Below, piece by piece: positions 1 through 10,306 of a DNA stretch of 49,803 nucleotides. The position numbers and the translations under genes are program-made. The notes below the pieces were generated by a model. The model searched no databases, was not told the origin of the DNA, and worked only from the letters and a program-made list of their open reading frames with translations. Each line of letters opens with the position of its first letter. The first letter of the stretch is position 1. The stretch is from Candidatus Bathyarchaeia archaeon (GTDB taxonomy: Archaea > Thermoproteota > Bathyarchaeia > Bathyarchaeales > Bathycorpusculaceae), in the NCBI GenBank assembly GCA_049969855.1, contig JBMFOB010000010.1, positions 1-49,803 of the forward strand, read 5' to 3'.

Positions 1-1
1 C

Positions 2-1069
2 CACAAACTTACGGCTGTTGCTGTAGCCAAAGAACTTAATTTAATAGGCGAAAATGAAGCGCCAAGCCAAGTGCTTACTGGACAAGAGTTGGACAAAATA
101 AGCGATGAACAGCTAACCCAAATGGTCGAGAGCGTTGTGATTTACGCTCGTGTTTCGCCTGAACACAAAATGAGAATTGTGAAGGCTTGGAAAGCGAAAG
201 GTTATGTTGTTGCAATGACTGGCGACGGCGTAAACGATGCTCCAGCCCTAAAGATGTCAGACATAGGCGTTGCCATGGGAATCACAGGCACAGAAGTTAC
301 AAAAGAAGCTTCAGACATGGTTTTAACAGACGACAACTTCGCATCAATCGTTAAAGCCGTCAAAGAAGGACGCGAAATCTACGACAACATAAAGAAATAC
401 CTAACCTATCTGCTGCGCTGCAACGTCATGGAAATCCTCGTAATGTTCATAGTGATGATAAGCGTCCCATACCTGGCAGGTTCAGCCTACCAACAAGGCG
501 GAGATCCGAAACTTTCTCCAACAGTTGCTTTAACAGCAATACAACTCTTATGGGTTAACTTGACAACGGATGGTTTACCAGCCCTAGCCTTAGGAATAGA
601 TCCAGGCGACCCAGATCTGATGGAAAGAAAGCCAAGAGACCCAAATGAAAGTGTTTTCACACGAGACGTTAAACTCTATCTGACAGCAACACCGATTCTA
701 ATGACTGTGCTGCTTCTGTATGGATATTTCATGTGCCAACCATGGATAGACGAGTATCACTTGCTTGAGGCACGGACGCAGTTGCTTACGGCTATGATCC
801 TAATGGAATTGGCAAACGCCATTTCAGCCCGTTCACTGAGATATACAGTTTTCAAAGTTGGCGTCTTCAAAAACAAGTTCCTATGGGTTGCAATCCTTTC
901 GTCCCTAGGTCTTCAATTAATGGTGCTTTACACGCCTTTCCTTCAAGACTTGTTCGATGTGCACGCGCCAGAGCTTATAGATTGGGCAATTGCAATATTA
1001 TTCACGGCAATAGTTTTCGGTTCATTAGAGCTAGGAAAGTACATTGCAAGTAAAAAACGAAAGCAGTAA
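2..1069 (+). CDS. Cation-transporting P-type ATPase (type IIA, Ca2+-like), C-terminal part; 5' end outside window
   Basis: Motifs ARVSPEHK, MTGDGVNDAPALK and WVNLTTDGLPA. The frame is open from base 2 (HKLTAVAVAKELN), so the gene starts upstream of the window. Confidence 0.93.
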   Translation, partial: HKLTAVAVAKELNLIGENEAPSQVLTGQELDKISDEQLTQMVESVVIYARVSPEHKMRIVKAWKAKGYVVAMTGDGVNDAPALKMSDIGVAMGITGTEVTKEASDMVLTDDNFASIVKAVKEGREIYDNIKKYLTYLLRCNVMEILVMFIVMISVPYLAGSAYQQGGDPKLSPTVALTAIQLLWVNLTTDGLPALALGIDPGDPDLMERKPRDPNESVFTRDVKLYLTATPILMTVLLLYGYFMCQPWIDEYHLLEARTQLLTAMILMELANAISARSLRYTVFKVGVFKNKFLWVAILSSLGLQLMVLYTPFLQDLFDVHAPELIDWAIAILFTAIVFGSLELGKYIASKKRKQ

Positions 1070-1137
1070 CCAGAAAAGCATATATTCCAACCCATTTTTA
1101 TGTAACGTTTTCACGATAAAAGGAAGGATTGGAAAGT

Positions 1138-1791
1138 ATGAGTGAAAAAACTGCAAATCCAGCACCGCTCGGACTTTTAGGTTTTGGAATGACAACTGTT
1201 CTTCTAAACTTTGTCCACAACGCCCGCTTGGGTTCAGTTGACGGCATGATTCTTGGAATGGGAATATTCTACGGCGGCTTAGCACAGATTATTGCTGGCA
1301 TATTAGAATATAAAAAGGGCAACACCTTCGGAACAACAGCTTTCACATCATATGGATTATTCTGGTTATCCTTTGTAGCCCTAAACTGGCTTGGAACAGC
1401 TAACGTGGCTGCTATGGGAATTTGGCCTTTCTCTTCTTACGGTCCAGCCATACCTCAATACAGCACGCCTTGGCTTGTCAGCCAAGAAGCATTTATGGCC
1501 TATTTCTTCATGTGGGGACTCTTCACATTCATAATGTTCTTCGGCACACTCAAAACGAGTAGGGCATTACAGTTCGTTTTTCTAAGCCTTGCAATACTAT
1601 TCTTCTTACTTGCAGCCAAATCGGCGCTTTTAGCATATACATCTTTCACATCAGCAGACTTGGAAATTTTCACTCGCATAATTGGAATTGAAGGAATCAT
1701 CTGCGGCTTAAGCGCCTTCTACCTAGCCCTAGCAGAAATCCTAAACGAAGCTCACGGAAAAACAGTATTGCCAATATACCCAGTAAGCTGA
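1138..1791 (+). CDS. satP: Acetate uptake transporter, GPR1/FUN34/YaaH (SatP) family
   Basis: N-terminal [11 protein letters not shown] signature, [13 protein letters not shown], about six TM helices. ATG at 1138 follows an AGGA-containing SD. Confidence 0.93.
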   Translation: MSEKTANPAPLGLLGFGMTTVLLNFVHNARLGSVDGMILGMGIFYGGLAQIIAGILEYKKGNTFGTTAFTSYGLFWLSFVALNWLGTANVAAMGIWPFSSYGPAIPQYSTPWLVSQEAFMAYFFMWGLFTFIMFFGTLKTSRALQFVFLSLAILFFLLAAKSALLAYTSFTSADLEIFTRIIGIEGIICGLSAFYLALAEILNEAHGKTVLPIYPVS

Positions 1792-1931
1792 ATCCTTCAC
1801 ACCCTTCTCTTTTTACAAGAAGAATCTACAATTTTCGGCAAAAACTAACAATAATTTCATCTTTTAACAACCTAAATGTATAAATATAATAAACAATTTT
1901 TCTGAAGAGAATCCTCAAAAGGTGGAATGGG

Positions 1932-3977
1932 ATGTCAAAAGAAGGAATAGAAGTCTATAAGGAATTTGAAGCCAACATAATTCCACCCAGCTGGAAAGAC
2001 AGAGTATGGGATAAAAGTGACTTTAAAAAATGGTACGAAAACACGGTGAACAACAAAAAAGCAATGGAAGAGTGGTGGGGAAAATGGGCAAACGAGATTT
2101 TCTGGTTCAAAAAATGGAACAAGGTGTTGGATGACAGCAACCCGCCATTTTACAGATGGTTTGTCGGCGGAGAAACAAACTTGGCTTACCTTGACACGGA
2201 CTGGCAGATTGAGCAGGGAAGAAAGAACAAGTTGGCTCTAATTTGGGAAGGCGAACCATGGGATGAAACGCTGAACCAGCCCAAAGAGGTAAGAAAGTTC
2301 ACATACTACGACATTTATAGGGAATCCAACGTAATCAGTTACGCTCTAAAAGAGAAACTGAAGGTAAAGAAAGGCGAAATAGTCACATTATATCTTCCAA
2401 TGATTCCAGAACTGCCCTTTTACATGCTTGCCATTCAAAGGCTTGGAGCCAAACACAGCGCAGTTTACAGTGGATTCAGCGCTGACGCCTTAGCCACGAG
2501 AGCCATAGATGCGGGTTCAAGAATAATTGTTACTGCTGACGGATTCTATAGAAGAGGGAAAGTAATCAATCTCAAACCCATCGTTGACGAAGCCGTAAAA
2601 ATATGCGCACAGAACGGCGTTAAAATAGAAAAAGTCATAGTTGTCAAAAGAGCTGGCAATGAAATACCTTGGAACAGCCAAATAGACGTTTGGCATCACG
2701 AACTTGTAAAGGACGTGCCAAAAAATGTTAAAGTTCCAGCTGAAAGATGCGGTTCAGAAGATTTCTCATACATACTTTACACTTCGGGAACAACAGCCGC
2801 TCCTAAGGGAGCACAAATTCCCATAGGTGGATATGCAGTTGGATTATACACTACTATGAAATTAATATTTGATATAAAAGAAAGCGACATCTATTGGTGC
2901 ACAGCAGACATCGGATGGGTTACGGGACACTCCTACATAGTTTACGGTCCGCTACTAATGGGTCTAACATCAATAATGTATGAAGGAGCGCCCGATTTTC
3001 CAGGACCCGACAGATGGTGGAGCATAATTCAACGCTACGGCGTTACACTATTCTATACGACGCCAACAGCCATAAGAATGCTTATGAAATTCCCAGAAGA
3101 GCTTGTCAAAAAATATGACCTATCCACGGTTAGAATTTGCCATTCTGTAGGCGAGCCCATAAACCCAGAAGCCTTCAAATGGTACTACAAAAACATCGGA
3201 AGAGAAGACATTGTAGCCTCAAGCACCTGGTGGATGACAGAAACAGGACAAATGTTGACTGGACATTTTCCAGGATTAGGAAAAATATTCCCACTCAAAC
3301 CCGGAACAAATGGTTATCCATTCCCAGGCGTTACATTGGAAGTTCTGGACGATGACGGGAATCCTTGTCCGCCTGGAGTTAGAGGCTACTTAGCGATAAC
3401 TTCGCCATGGCCTGCAATGCTTATGACGCTTTTTAAGAATCCGCAAAGGTATGTGGATGTTTATTGGTCGAGGTTTAAGGGCAAAACCTACTTTTACACT
3501 GGAGATTTCGCCATAAAAGACAAAGATGGATATTTATGGATATTGGGAAGGGCTGACGACGTTTTAAAAGTTGCAGGTCACAGAATTGGAACTGCAGAAA
3601 TTGAATCTGCAATGATTAAGCATCCAGCCGTCGCAGAATCAGCATGCATCGGCAAGACTGACCCAGTGAAAGGCGAAATACCCTTCATCTTCACTGTGCT
3701 TAAGCAGGGGCATTCGCCAAACCCGAAGCTTGCAGACGAATTAAAAATGCATTTAAGAACAACAATTGGTCCACTTGTAGCTTCAGATGCAGTAATAGCT
3801 TTCGTTGACTCCGTGCCTAAAACAAGAAGCGGCAAAATCATGAGGAGACTATTAAAAGCAATCGTGAGCGGCGCAGCCATAGGCGATGTCACAACACTTG
3901 AAGATGGCGTGGCGGTTGAAGAAGCAAAGAAGGCTTACGAAAGCGTGAAAGAAGCCTTAGAACGCGGCAAAAGCTAA
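1932..3977 (+). CDS. acs: AMP-forming acetyl-CoA synthetase (acetate--CoA ligase)
   Basis: YTSGTTxxPKG, ADIGWVTGHSY, SVGEPINPE, WWxTETG, GRADDV, and the PKTRSGK acetylation-site motif. Confidence 0.93.
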   Translation: MSKEGIEVYKEFEANIIPPSWKDRVWDKSDFKKWYENTVNNKKAMEEWWGKWANEIFWFKKWNKVLDDSNPPFYRWFVGGETNLAYLDTDWQIEQGRKNKLALIWEGEPWDETLNQPKEVRKFTYYDIYRESNVISYALKEKLKVKKGEIVTLYLPMIPELPFYMLAIQRLGAKHSAVYSGFSADALATRAIDAGSRIIVTADGFYRRGKVINLKPIVDEAVKICAQNGVKIEKVIVVKRAGNEIPWNSQIDVWHHELVKDVPKNVKVPAERCGSEDFSYILYTSGTTAAPKGAQIPIGGYAVGLYTTMKLIFDIKESDIYWCTADIGWVTGHSYIVYGPLLMGLTSIMYEGAPDFPGPDRWWSIIQRYGVTLFYTTPTAIRMLMKFPEELVKKYDLSTVRICHSVGEPINPEAFKWYYKNIGREDIVASSTWWMTETGQMLTGHFPGLGKIFPLKPGTNGYPFPGVTLEVLDDDGNPCPPGVRGYLAITSPWPAMLMTLFKNPQRYVDVYWSRFKGKTYFYTGDFAIKDKDGYLWILGRADDVLKVAGHRIGTAEIESAMIKHPAVAESACIGKTDPVKGEIPFIFTVLKQGHSPNPKLADELKMHLRTTIGPLVASDAVIAFVDSVPKTRSGKIMRRLLKAIVSGAAIGDVTTLEDGVAVEEAKKAYESVKEALERGKS

Positions 3978-3990
3978 ATCGCCATAAACC

Positions 3991-4002
3991 TTTTTATTTT
4001 TT
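3991..4002 (+). terminator. Oligo-T archaeal terminator after acs
   Basis: TTTTTATTTTTT shortly after the acs stop, in the convergent acs/pat gap. Confidence 0.45.
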
Positions 4003-4003
4003 A

Positions 4004-6688
4004 TTACGCCAATTCCATTATTGCTTTGGAAGTTTCACTGTCAACTGGTTCAATCCTAAAACCTTTCTTAGTGCACAAATGAATCATCTTCGCATTGTCC
4101 GAAATCACAAAACCATAAATTGCCTTTAACTTCATTTCTTTGCCAATCTCAATAATATAATCAACTAATTTGGATCCAAGCCCAAGTCCTTGCCATTGGT
4201 CGCCTACCACAACTGCGAATTCTCCATTTCTTCTGCCGGGCTCTAAAGAAAGCAGAGCAACGCCAATAATCTTCCTCTGATCTTTTTGCATTTCTGCAAC
4301 TATGGCGATTTCGCGGTCATAATCCAAGTTGCAGTATCTTGTTAAGGTTTCATGGGATACTTCCCTAAAAACTTGGAAGAACCGGAATCTCATGGTTTCT
4401 TCTGAAAGGGAAGAATAAAGTTCACGTATGAGTGCTTCATCTTCGGGTTTTATTGGGCGAAGAATGACTTGTGTTCCGTCTTTTAGTGTCCATTGAGTGA
4501 CATATTTTTTTGGGTATGGAGCTATAACGAGGTGTTCATGAAAGCGTGTTTCATGCAAAATTTTTTCAGGGTCTATTACTATTCTGGCATCCACAGCCGA
4601 AGCATTGCTTTCATCAACTATTAGTGGATTTATTTCTATCTCCTTTATCTCAGGAAAGTCTATAACAAGCTGGGAAAACTTCACCAAAATCTCTTCTAAG
4701 AGTTTAACATTAAAGTGTCCTTCGCCTAGCTCTGCTAATTTGTAAATTTTAGTTTTCTCCATAAGCCTTCTTGCAAGCACCTGATTCAAAGGCGGGAGAC
4801 CAATGTTTACATCTTGGAATAATTCTGTTGCTACGCCTCCCATTCCAAACATTATTATGGAGCCAAACTCCCTATCCTTTTTTGAGCCTATTAATAACTC
4901 GCAAAGCTTTCTCTGAACCATAGGTTGAATAATGGCGCCTTGAAATTCTGCTTCTGAACTGTACTTTTTAACCCTTTCAGCCAATGTTTTGAAAAGGGCT
5001 TTGGCTTGTTCAGGCGACCAAACATTTAGGATAACCCCCTCAACTTTTGATTTGTGGGTTATTTGAGGCGATAAAGCCTTCATAACGATGGGGCATCCAA
5101 TTTCAGAGGCTATGGCTTCAGCTTCATCTGGAGTTTTTGCAATTAAGGTTTTTATTGTTGGAATTTTGTAGGCTTCAAGAAACTGTAAAGCATCATACTG
5201 ATTTAGCACTGTTCTTCCTTCGTTGTAGGCTTTTCTTAAAACTTCTTTAAGAAATGTTGGAATTGCCAGTTCCATTGTAAGCTCTTCTGGAGTCTGATAC
5301 AAAAGCTCCAAGTTTTGGGTATAACTGTACATATACATGAAGGTTGAAACAGCCTGCTCTGGAGTTGTAAACACTGGGATTCTGTTTTTCCGCAAAATTT
5401 GCCCAGCCCTTCGACACTCAACTTCACCCATCAAAGAGGTGAGAATTGGTTTTGTAGTTTGTTTTGAAAGCTCCAAAATTATTTTTGCAATCGACAAGGG
5501 GTCTGTGGCTCCTTGCGGCGTATAAATTATTAAGAAAGCGTCGCTGTTTGGGTCTTGAAGACAGATTTCTATGACTTTTCTGAATCGTTCCGGAGTGGCT
5601 TCTTCTAAAACGTCTATTGGATTTATACTGCTGCAGTAAGACGGCAAGACATTCTTTAAAGCTTCAGTTGTCTCAGCACTCAAAGAAGCAAGTTTTCCGC
5701 CTTTAGCGATGAGAAAATCTGCAGCCATGATGCCGGGACCGCCAGCGTTTGTGATTATGGTGAGGTTTGGACCTTTTGGATTTGGCTGCATCGCCAAGGC
5801 TTCTGCACAGTTGAAAAGGTCGTTTATGGCTTCGACGCGGACAATTCCAGCACGCCTAAAAGCAGCATCATAAACTGCGTCTTCTCCGCAGAGCGCTCCA
5901 GTATGGGAAATTGCTGCCTCCGCACTTCTTGAAAATCTTCCAGCTTTCACAACCACTATAGGTTTTGCCCTTGCAAATCCTCTTGCTGCGCTCATGAATT
6001 TTCGTGCATTTCTGATTGACTCTATGTAAAGCACTATGCTTCTTGTCTGAGGGTCAGTTCCGAAATAATCAATTAAGTCTCCAAAATCAACATCAAGCAT
6101 TGACCCTGCGGAAACTACAGCGCTGAATCCAATGTGAGCTTCTGAAGCCCAATCAACTACGGAGGCGCATAATGCTGCACTTTGGGAGATGAAGGCTATT
6201 TTTCCCGGCATAGCTGCTTTGTTTGCAAAAGTTGCGTTTAGCCCTATTTTTGGTCTCATTATTCCGAAACAGTTTGGTCCAAGAATTCGCATGTCATATT
6301 TGTCTTTAAGTTCAAGAACCCGTTTTTCAAGGGCTTCTCCTTCCTTTCCAGTTTCTCTGAAGCCAGCAGAAACAATTATTATTCCGGGAACTCCAGCTTT
6401 TCCACATTCTTCAACTATTTGCGGGACTGTGTGCGCTGGAGTTGCTATTATTGCAAGGTCTACATGCCATGGAATTTTTAGGATGCTTGGATAAGCGGTT
6501 ATGCCTTGCACAGTAGTTTTAAAGGGGTTAACTGGGTAAACCGCTCCAGTAAATCCTACTCCAATCAAATTTCTGAACAGTCTGGCGCCAACAGAGCCTT
6601 CTCTGTCGGTGGCTCCGATTACGGCTATCCTCTTGGGATTGAAAATCTTGTCAAGGTTTTCAGTGCCCACTCCGTGAGGTTCCTCCAA
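4004..6688 (-). CDS. NDP-forming acyl-CoA synthetase-like domains fused to a C-terminal GNAT (Pat/YfiQ-type protein lysine acetyltransferase)
   Basis: CoA-binding domain (IAVIGAT..., GPNCFG), SHTGAL, TNAGGPG, ATP-grasp (HKS, FGMGG, EINPL), then GNAT (LRPIKPEDE, DQWQGLGLG). True start may be GTG at 6670. Confidence 0.9.
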   Translation of the reverse strand: MEEPHGVGTENLDKIFNPKRIAVIGATDREGSVGARLFRNLIGVGFTGAVYPVNPFKTTVQGITAYPSILKIPWHVDLAIIATPAHTVPQIVEECGKAGVPGIIIVSAGFRETGKEGEALEKRVLELKDKYDMRILGPNCFGIMRPKIGLNATFANKAAMPGKIAFISQSAALCASVVDWASEAHIGFSAVVSAGSMLDVDFGDLIDYFGTDPQTRSIVLYIESIRNARKFMSAARGFARAKPIVVVKAGRFSRSAEAAISHTGALCGEDAVYDAAFRRAGIVRVEAINDLFNCAEALAMQPNPKGPNLTIITNAGGPGIMAADFLIAKGGKLASLSAETTEALKNVLPSYCSSINPIDVLEEATPERFRKVIEICLQDPNSDAFLIIYTPQGATDPLSIAKIILELSKQTTKPILTSLMGEVECRRAGQILRKNRIPVFTTPEQAVSTFMYMYSYTQNLELLYQTPEELTMELAIPTFLKEVLRKAYNEGRTVLNQYDALQFLEAYKIPTIKTLIAKTPDEAEAIASEIGCPIVMKALSPQITHKSKVEGVILNVWSPEQAKALFKTLAERVKKYSSEAEFQGAIIQPMVQRKLCELLIGSKKDREFGSIIMFGMGGVATELFQDVNIGLPPLNQVLARRLMEKTKIYKLAELGEGHFNVKLLEEILVKFSQLVIDFPEIKEIEINPLIVDESNASAVDARIVIDPEKILHETRFHEHLVIAPYPKKYVTQWTLKDGTQVILRPIKPEDEALIRELYSSLSEETMRFRFFQVFREVSHETLTRYCNLDYDREIAIVAEMQKDQRKIIGVALLSLEPGRRNGEFAVVVGDQWQGLGLGSKLVDYIIEIGKEMKLKAIYGFVISDNAKMIHLCTKKGFRIEPVDSETSKAIMELA

Positions 6689-6773
6689 AAGTTGCTCGAT
6701 ATAGTATATACAATAAGTATGTTTTAAAACATTTCTAATGAAACGGCAATTATTTGCTGCTAACTTGTGAAAA

Positions 6774-8066
6774 TTATGGGTAAACTCTTGTTATTGTTCT
6801 TGGGAAGGGAATTGTTTCGCGTATGTGTTTTAGCTTACAAATCCACATTACAGTTCTCTCAATTCCTAATCCAAATCCTGAATGGGGCACTGAACCGTAT
6901 CTCCTCAAATCCAAATACCACTCGTAAGCTTCTCTTGGCAAGCCAAACTCTTCTATCCTCTGCTCCAACAATTTTAAGTCGTGAATTCTCTCGCTTCCAC
7001 CTATTATTTCGCCATATCCTTCCGAAGCCATCAAATCTGCGCAGAGCACAACTTCTGGGTTTTCTGGGTCTGGCTGCATGTAGAAGGCTTTGGCTTTTGC
7101 CGGATATCTGTGGACAAAAACTGGTTTTTCAAACTGGAGGGATATGAACTTCTCATGAGGCGCGCCTAAATCTTCCCCCCATTCTATGTTGTATCCAGCC
7201 TTCTGTAGCCTATCCACCGCTTCCGTATAACTTATTCTTTCAAAAGGCGGCTCAACCTTTTTCAAAGGTTCAATTTCCCTTTTCAAAAATTCCAACTCTC
7301 TCCTTCTCTTCTCCAGAACCCGCTTAACAATGAAAGTTATCATCTCTTCTTGAAGTTTCAAGTTATCCTCAAAAGTGTAGAAGGCCATTTCAGGCTCAAC
7401 CATCCAAAACTCCGTCAAGTGACGCGGGGTCTTTGATTTTTCTGCACGAAAAGTTGGACCGAAACAGTATACTTTGCCAAAAGCAGCTATTGTGGCTTCA
7501 ACATAAAGTTGACCGCTTTGGGTTAGAAAAGCCTTGTCGCCGAAATATGGAGTTTCGAAAAGTGTTGCCACTCCCTCAACGGCTGATGGTGTGAGGATGG
7601 GTGAGTCTGTTAGGGTAAAACCATTTTCGTCGAGGAAGTCTCTGCATGCTTTTATGATTTCAGCTCTAACCTTTAAAATTGCAATCTGTCTTGGGCTTCT
7701 TATCCACAAATGCCTAAGACTTGCTAAGAAGTCTATCCCATGGGATTTTTTGCTTAGGGGATATTCTGGTTCTGCTAAATGGACAATTTTTAAATCTTTA
7801 ACTCTTACTTCGTAGCCGCCTGGCGCCCTCTTGTCTTCCTTAACCATGCCTTTAACGATGAGGGATGATTCTTGTGTTAGCCTATCCACATCCTCGAAGG
7901 TTTGTGGGGAAACATCTTCTTTGTGAACAGTGGCTTGTATCATGCCGCTTCCATCTCTAACCATCAGAAATTGGACTCCTCCACTGGAGCGTCTCGTCAC
8001 CAACCAACCTTTTATTTCAACTTCCTTTTCTGTGAGTTTTCCATTTAGGATGCTGCAAATACTCAT
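6774..8066 (-). CDS. asnS: Asparaginyl-tRNA synthetase
   Basis: OB-fold N-terminus, [38 protein letters not shown], and [21 protein letters not shown] typical of AsnRS. Confidence 0.9.
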   Translation of the reverse strand: MSICSILNGKLTEKEVEIKGWLVTRRSSGGVQFLMVRDGSGMIQATVHKEDVSPQTFEDVDRLTQESSLIVKGMVKEDKRAPGGYEVRVKDLKIVHLAEPEYPLSKKSHGIDFLASLRHLWIRSPRQIAILKVRAEIIKACRDFLDENGFTLTDSPILTPSAVEGVATLFETPYFGDKAFLTQSGQLYVEATIAAFGKVYCFGPTFRAEKSKTPRHLTEFWMVEPEMAFYTFEDNLKLQEEMITFIVKRVLEKRRRELEFLKREIEPLKKVEPPFERISYTEAVDRLQKAGYNIEWGEDLGAPHEKFISLQFEKPVFVHRYPAKAKAFYMQPDPENPEVVLCADLMASEGYGEIIGGSERIHDLKLLEQRIEEFGLPREAYEWYLDLRRYGSVPHSGFGLGIERTVMWICKLKHIRETIPFPRTITRVYP

Positions 8067-8180
8067 TGGCAGACACCTTCCTTCAAAATTCTATAATGTG
8101 GATGCTTATAAACTCGAAAGAGTACTCTAAGAAGACTGGCTAAAATTAAAACGCTCACCTTGCATTTTCAGCACCTAAAT

Positions 8181-8198
8181 ATCATAAATTGTTATGAT
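8181..8198. promoter_or_regulatory. 7-4-7 inverted repeat ATCATAA-N4-TTATGAT, candidate operator in the divergent asnS/CDF intergenic region
   Basis: Perfect 7-bp arms read directly from the sequence. Function is inferred only. Confidence 0.3.
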
Positions 8199-8304
8199 TT
8201 ATAAAACATTTTGTTTATGAAAACTTTGCAGTTACCGTTATCCAATAAGTAATTGTCACACAATTCTTAAATCCACCATTCTTAGCAATGTATACGAAGA
8301 AATA

Positions 8305-9684
8305 ATGGTTAATGAGCAAAAAGGCAGCTATAAGCTGAAAATGTTGAAAATTTCGACAATTACAATAACAAGCGTATTTTTTGTAGAAGTCTTCATCGGT
8401 CTTTTAGTTGGCAGTTTAGCAATACTAAGCGATGGGACTCACGCGTTACTTGATTCTTTAACGATGCTTGTGTTATTGATTACGACAAGTGCTTCTCTTA
8501 AACCACCTGATGAAGAGCACATGTATGGGCATGAAAAATTTGAGTCAATAGGTGGAATGATTGGTGGAATTGCGCTAATTGGTGTTGGGGTTCTAATAAT
8601 GTATGAATCCGTGTTAAGGCTTATACAAAATGTGCAGATTAATTTGGGAGATTTCGGATTTGTCGGCTTTATTGCTATAGGTTATACGTTTTGTGTGGAC
8701 TTTCTAAGAGTTGGGATCTTTAGAAAGGCTATTGCAAGCGAAAGCTCCACTATGAAAGCTGGGTTTTACCATGCTGTGGCAGATTTAGGTTCAACAGTAA
8801 TTGCGCTTCTTGGATTTGGTTTGGCAACGATAGGGTTCAGTAATAGTGATGCCTTGGCTTCCATGATTCTAAGCATATTGCTAATCTACTTAAGTGTCAA
8901 ACTTGTCTGGAGCTGCGGAATGGAATTAAGTGATGCAGTGGCAAGGGATGACGTAAAGAAAATTCAGAGCGAAATAATGAAAGCAGAAACTGGCTGTAAA
9001 TGTGAAAGTCTTAAAGTTAGAAAGTCAGGTGAAAAGTTTTTTGTTGAAGCAACACTTAAAGTGCCCGACTATATTAGCCTTGAAGAAGCCCACGAAATAA
9101 CGGCTAGAATTGAGAAAAACATAAGAAGTGCCATCGGAAATGTCGAAACTACATTCCACATTGAACCAGCAGAAATTCAAGAATTGTCAGCGAAGAACAT
9201 AGAAAAACTTGTTAAAGAAGTAAGCGGCGTCAAAGAAGCCCATGAAATAAGCATGGTTTATTCTAAAGGCAAACTTTACATAACGTTACATGCACGGGTG
9301 GATCCCAAGCTGTCGCTTCGTGAAGCACATGAGATAGCTGAAAAAATTGAAAATAAAATAAATGAAAAGATAAAAAACATTGAAAATCTGACGGTGCACA
9401 TGGAACCTTTCGACACTGAAGCGCTGAAAGGGTCTATGGTAAGGGAGGATGAAATAAGAAAAATAGTTGAAGAAACAGCGGAGAATTATCCGCAAACTCT
9501 TCGAATAAAGAGGATAGTCACTTATGTTGCTGACAAAAAGCGATACATAAACATAGACTGCTGTTTCAATGCGCAAACATCAATAACTGAAGCTCATCGA
9601 ATCGCCTCCAAAATTGAAGCAAACATAAGTAAACGTTTTGTAGAGACGATTGTAACCGTCCACGTGGAACCCGACAGCAAATAA
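8305..9684 (+). CDS. Cation diffusion facilitator (CDF) transporter with three tandem C-terminal ZT-dimer-like domains
   Basis: TM HxxxD motifs (HALLD, HAVAD), KPPDEEHMYGHEKFE, and three repeats of EAHxI...HxEP. Confidence 0.9.
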   Translation: MVNEQKGSYKLKMLKISTITITSVFFVEVFIGLLVGSLAILSDGTHALLDSLTMLVLLITTSASLKPPDEEHMYGHEKFESIGGMIGGIALIGVGVLIMYESVLRLIQNVQINLGDFGFVGFIAIGYTFCVDFLRVGIFRKAIASESSTMKAGFYHAVADLGSTVIALLGFGLATIGFSNSDALASMILSILLIYLSVKLVWSCGMELSDAVARDDVKKIQSEIMKAETGCKCESLKVRKSGEKFFVEATLKVPDYISLEEAHEITARIEKNIRSAIGNVETTFHIEPAEIQELSAKNIEKLVKEVSGVKEAHEISMVYSKGKLYITLHARVDPKLSLREAHEIAEKIENKINEKIKNIENLTVHMEPFDTEALKGSMVREDEIRKIVEETAENYPQTLRIKRIVTYVADKKRYINIDCCFNAQTSITEAHRIASKIEANISKRFVETIVTVHVEPDSK

Positions 9685-9733
9685 AAAGTTAAGGCAAATC
9701 CTAATCCAATCTTGTTTAACTATCGCTATAATG

Positions 9734-10306
9734 TTAATTGCAATTTTTTATGATTTCTTTTTCAATTTCCTCAGCTGGTTTGTTTGCGTTTATAATTTTC
9801 CACTTGCCTATTAACGCTAAATAAAGTGCTTTGCGCCTAATCTTTTCCAATTCTTCCAGGCTTTCGAACATTTCTTGTCTTTCTCGCCCCTGTTGTATTC
9901 TTTTGTAGGCTTCTTTTGGAGTGACATCGAGGAAGAACATGGAATTTGATTTTGGCACGACTAAAGCGAAAAAGTGGTAGGCAATTGTGTGTAATGGTGA
10001 GGGTAGGTAGGCTGTTCCCATTAGGTAGCGGACGAAAATTATGTAGTCAAATTTTCTCCAAGAATAAAGTAAGATTGAGCGGATAACGTCAACCATGTAG
10101 AAGAGGGCTGCTGCGAAATGGGCGCTTTTACCATTGGAATAAAGAAACTGTTTTGCTTTGATTCCGAAAAAATTGTCGTTTGAAGGGTGAAAACGCAAAT
10201 AAACCGTTTTTCCATTATTTTTTAGAAAATTGTAAAGCCTAAAGGCTTGAGTGCTTTTTCCAGAAGCGTCTAACCCATCTATAACTATGAAAACCAATCC
10301 TTTCAT
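9734..10306 (-). CDS. Thymidylate-kinase-like P-loop NMP kinase (atypical)
   Basis: IDGLDASGKSTQ P-loop and FFLDVTPKEAYKRI. The canonical DR(Y/F) motif reads VRY. Confidence 0.75.
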   Translation of the reverse strand: MKGLVFIVIDGLDASGKSTQAFRLYNFLKNNGKTVYLRFHPSNDNFFGIKAKQFLYSNGKSAHFAAALFYMVDVIRSILLYSWRKFDYIIFVRYLMGTAYLPSPLHTIAYHFFALVVPKSNSMFFLDVTPKEAYKRIQQGRERQEMFESLEELEKIRRKALYLALIGKWKIINANKPAEEIEKEIIKNCN

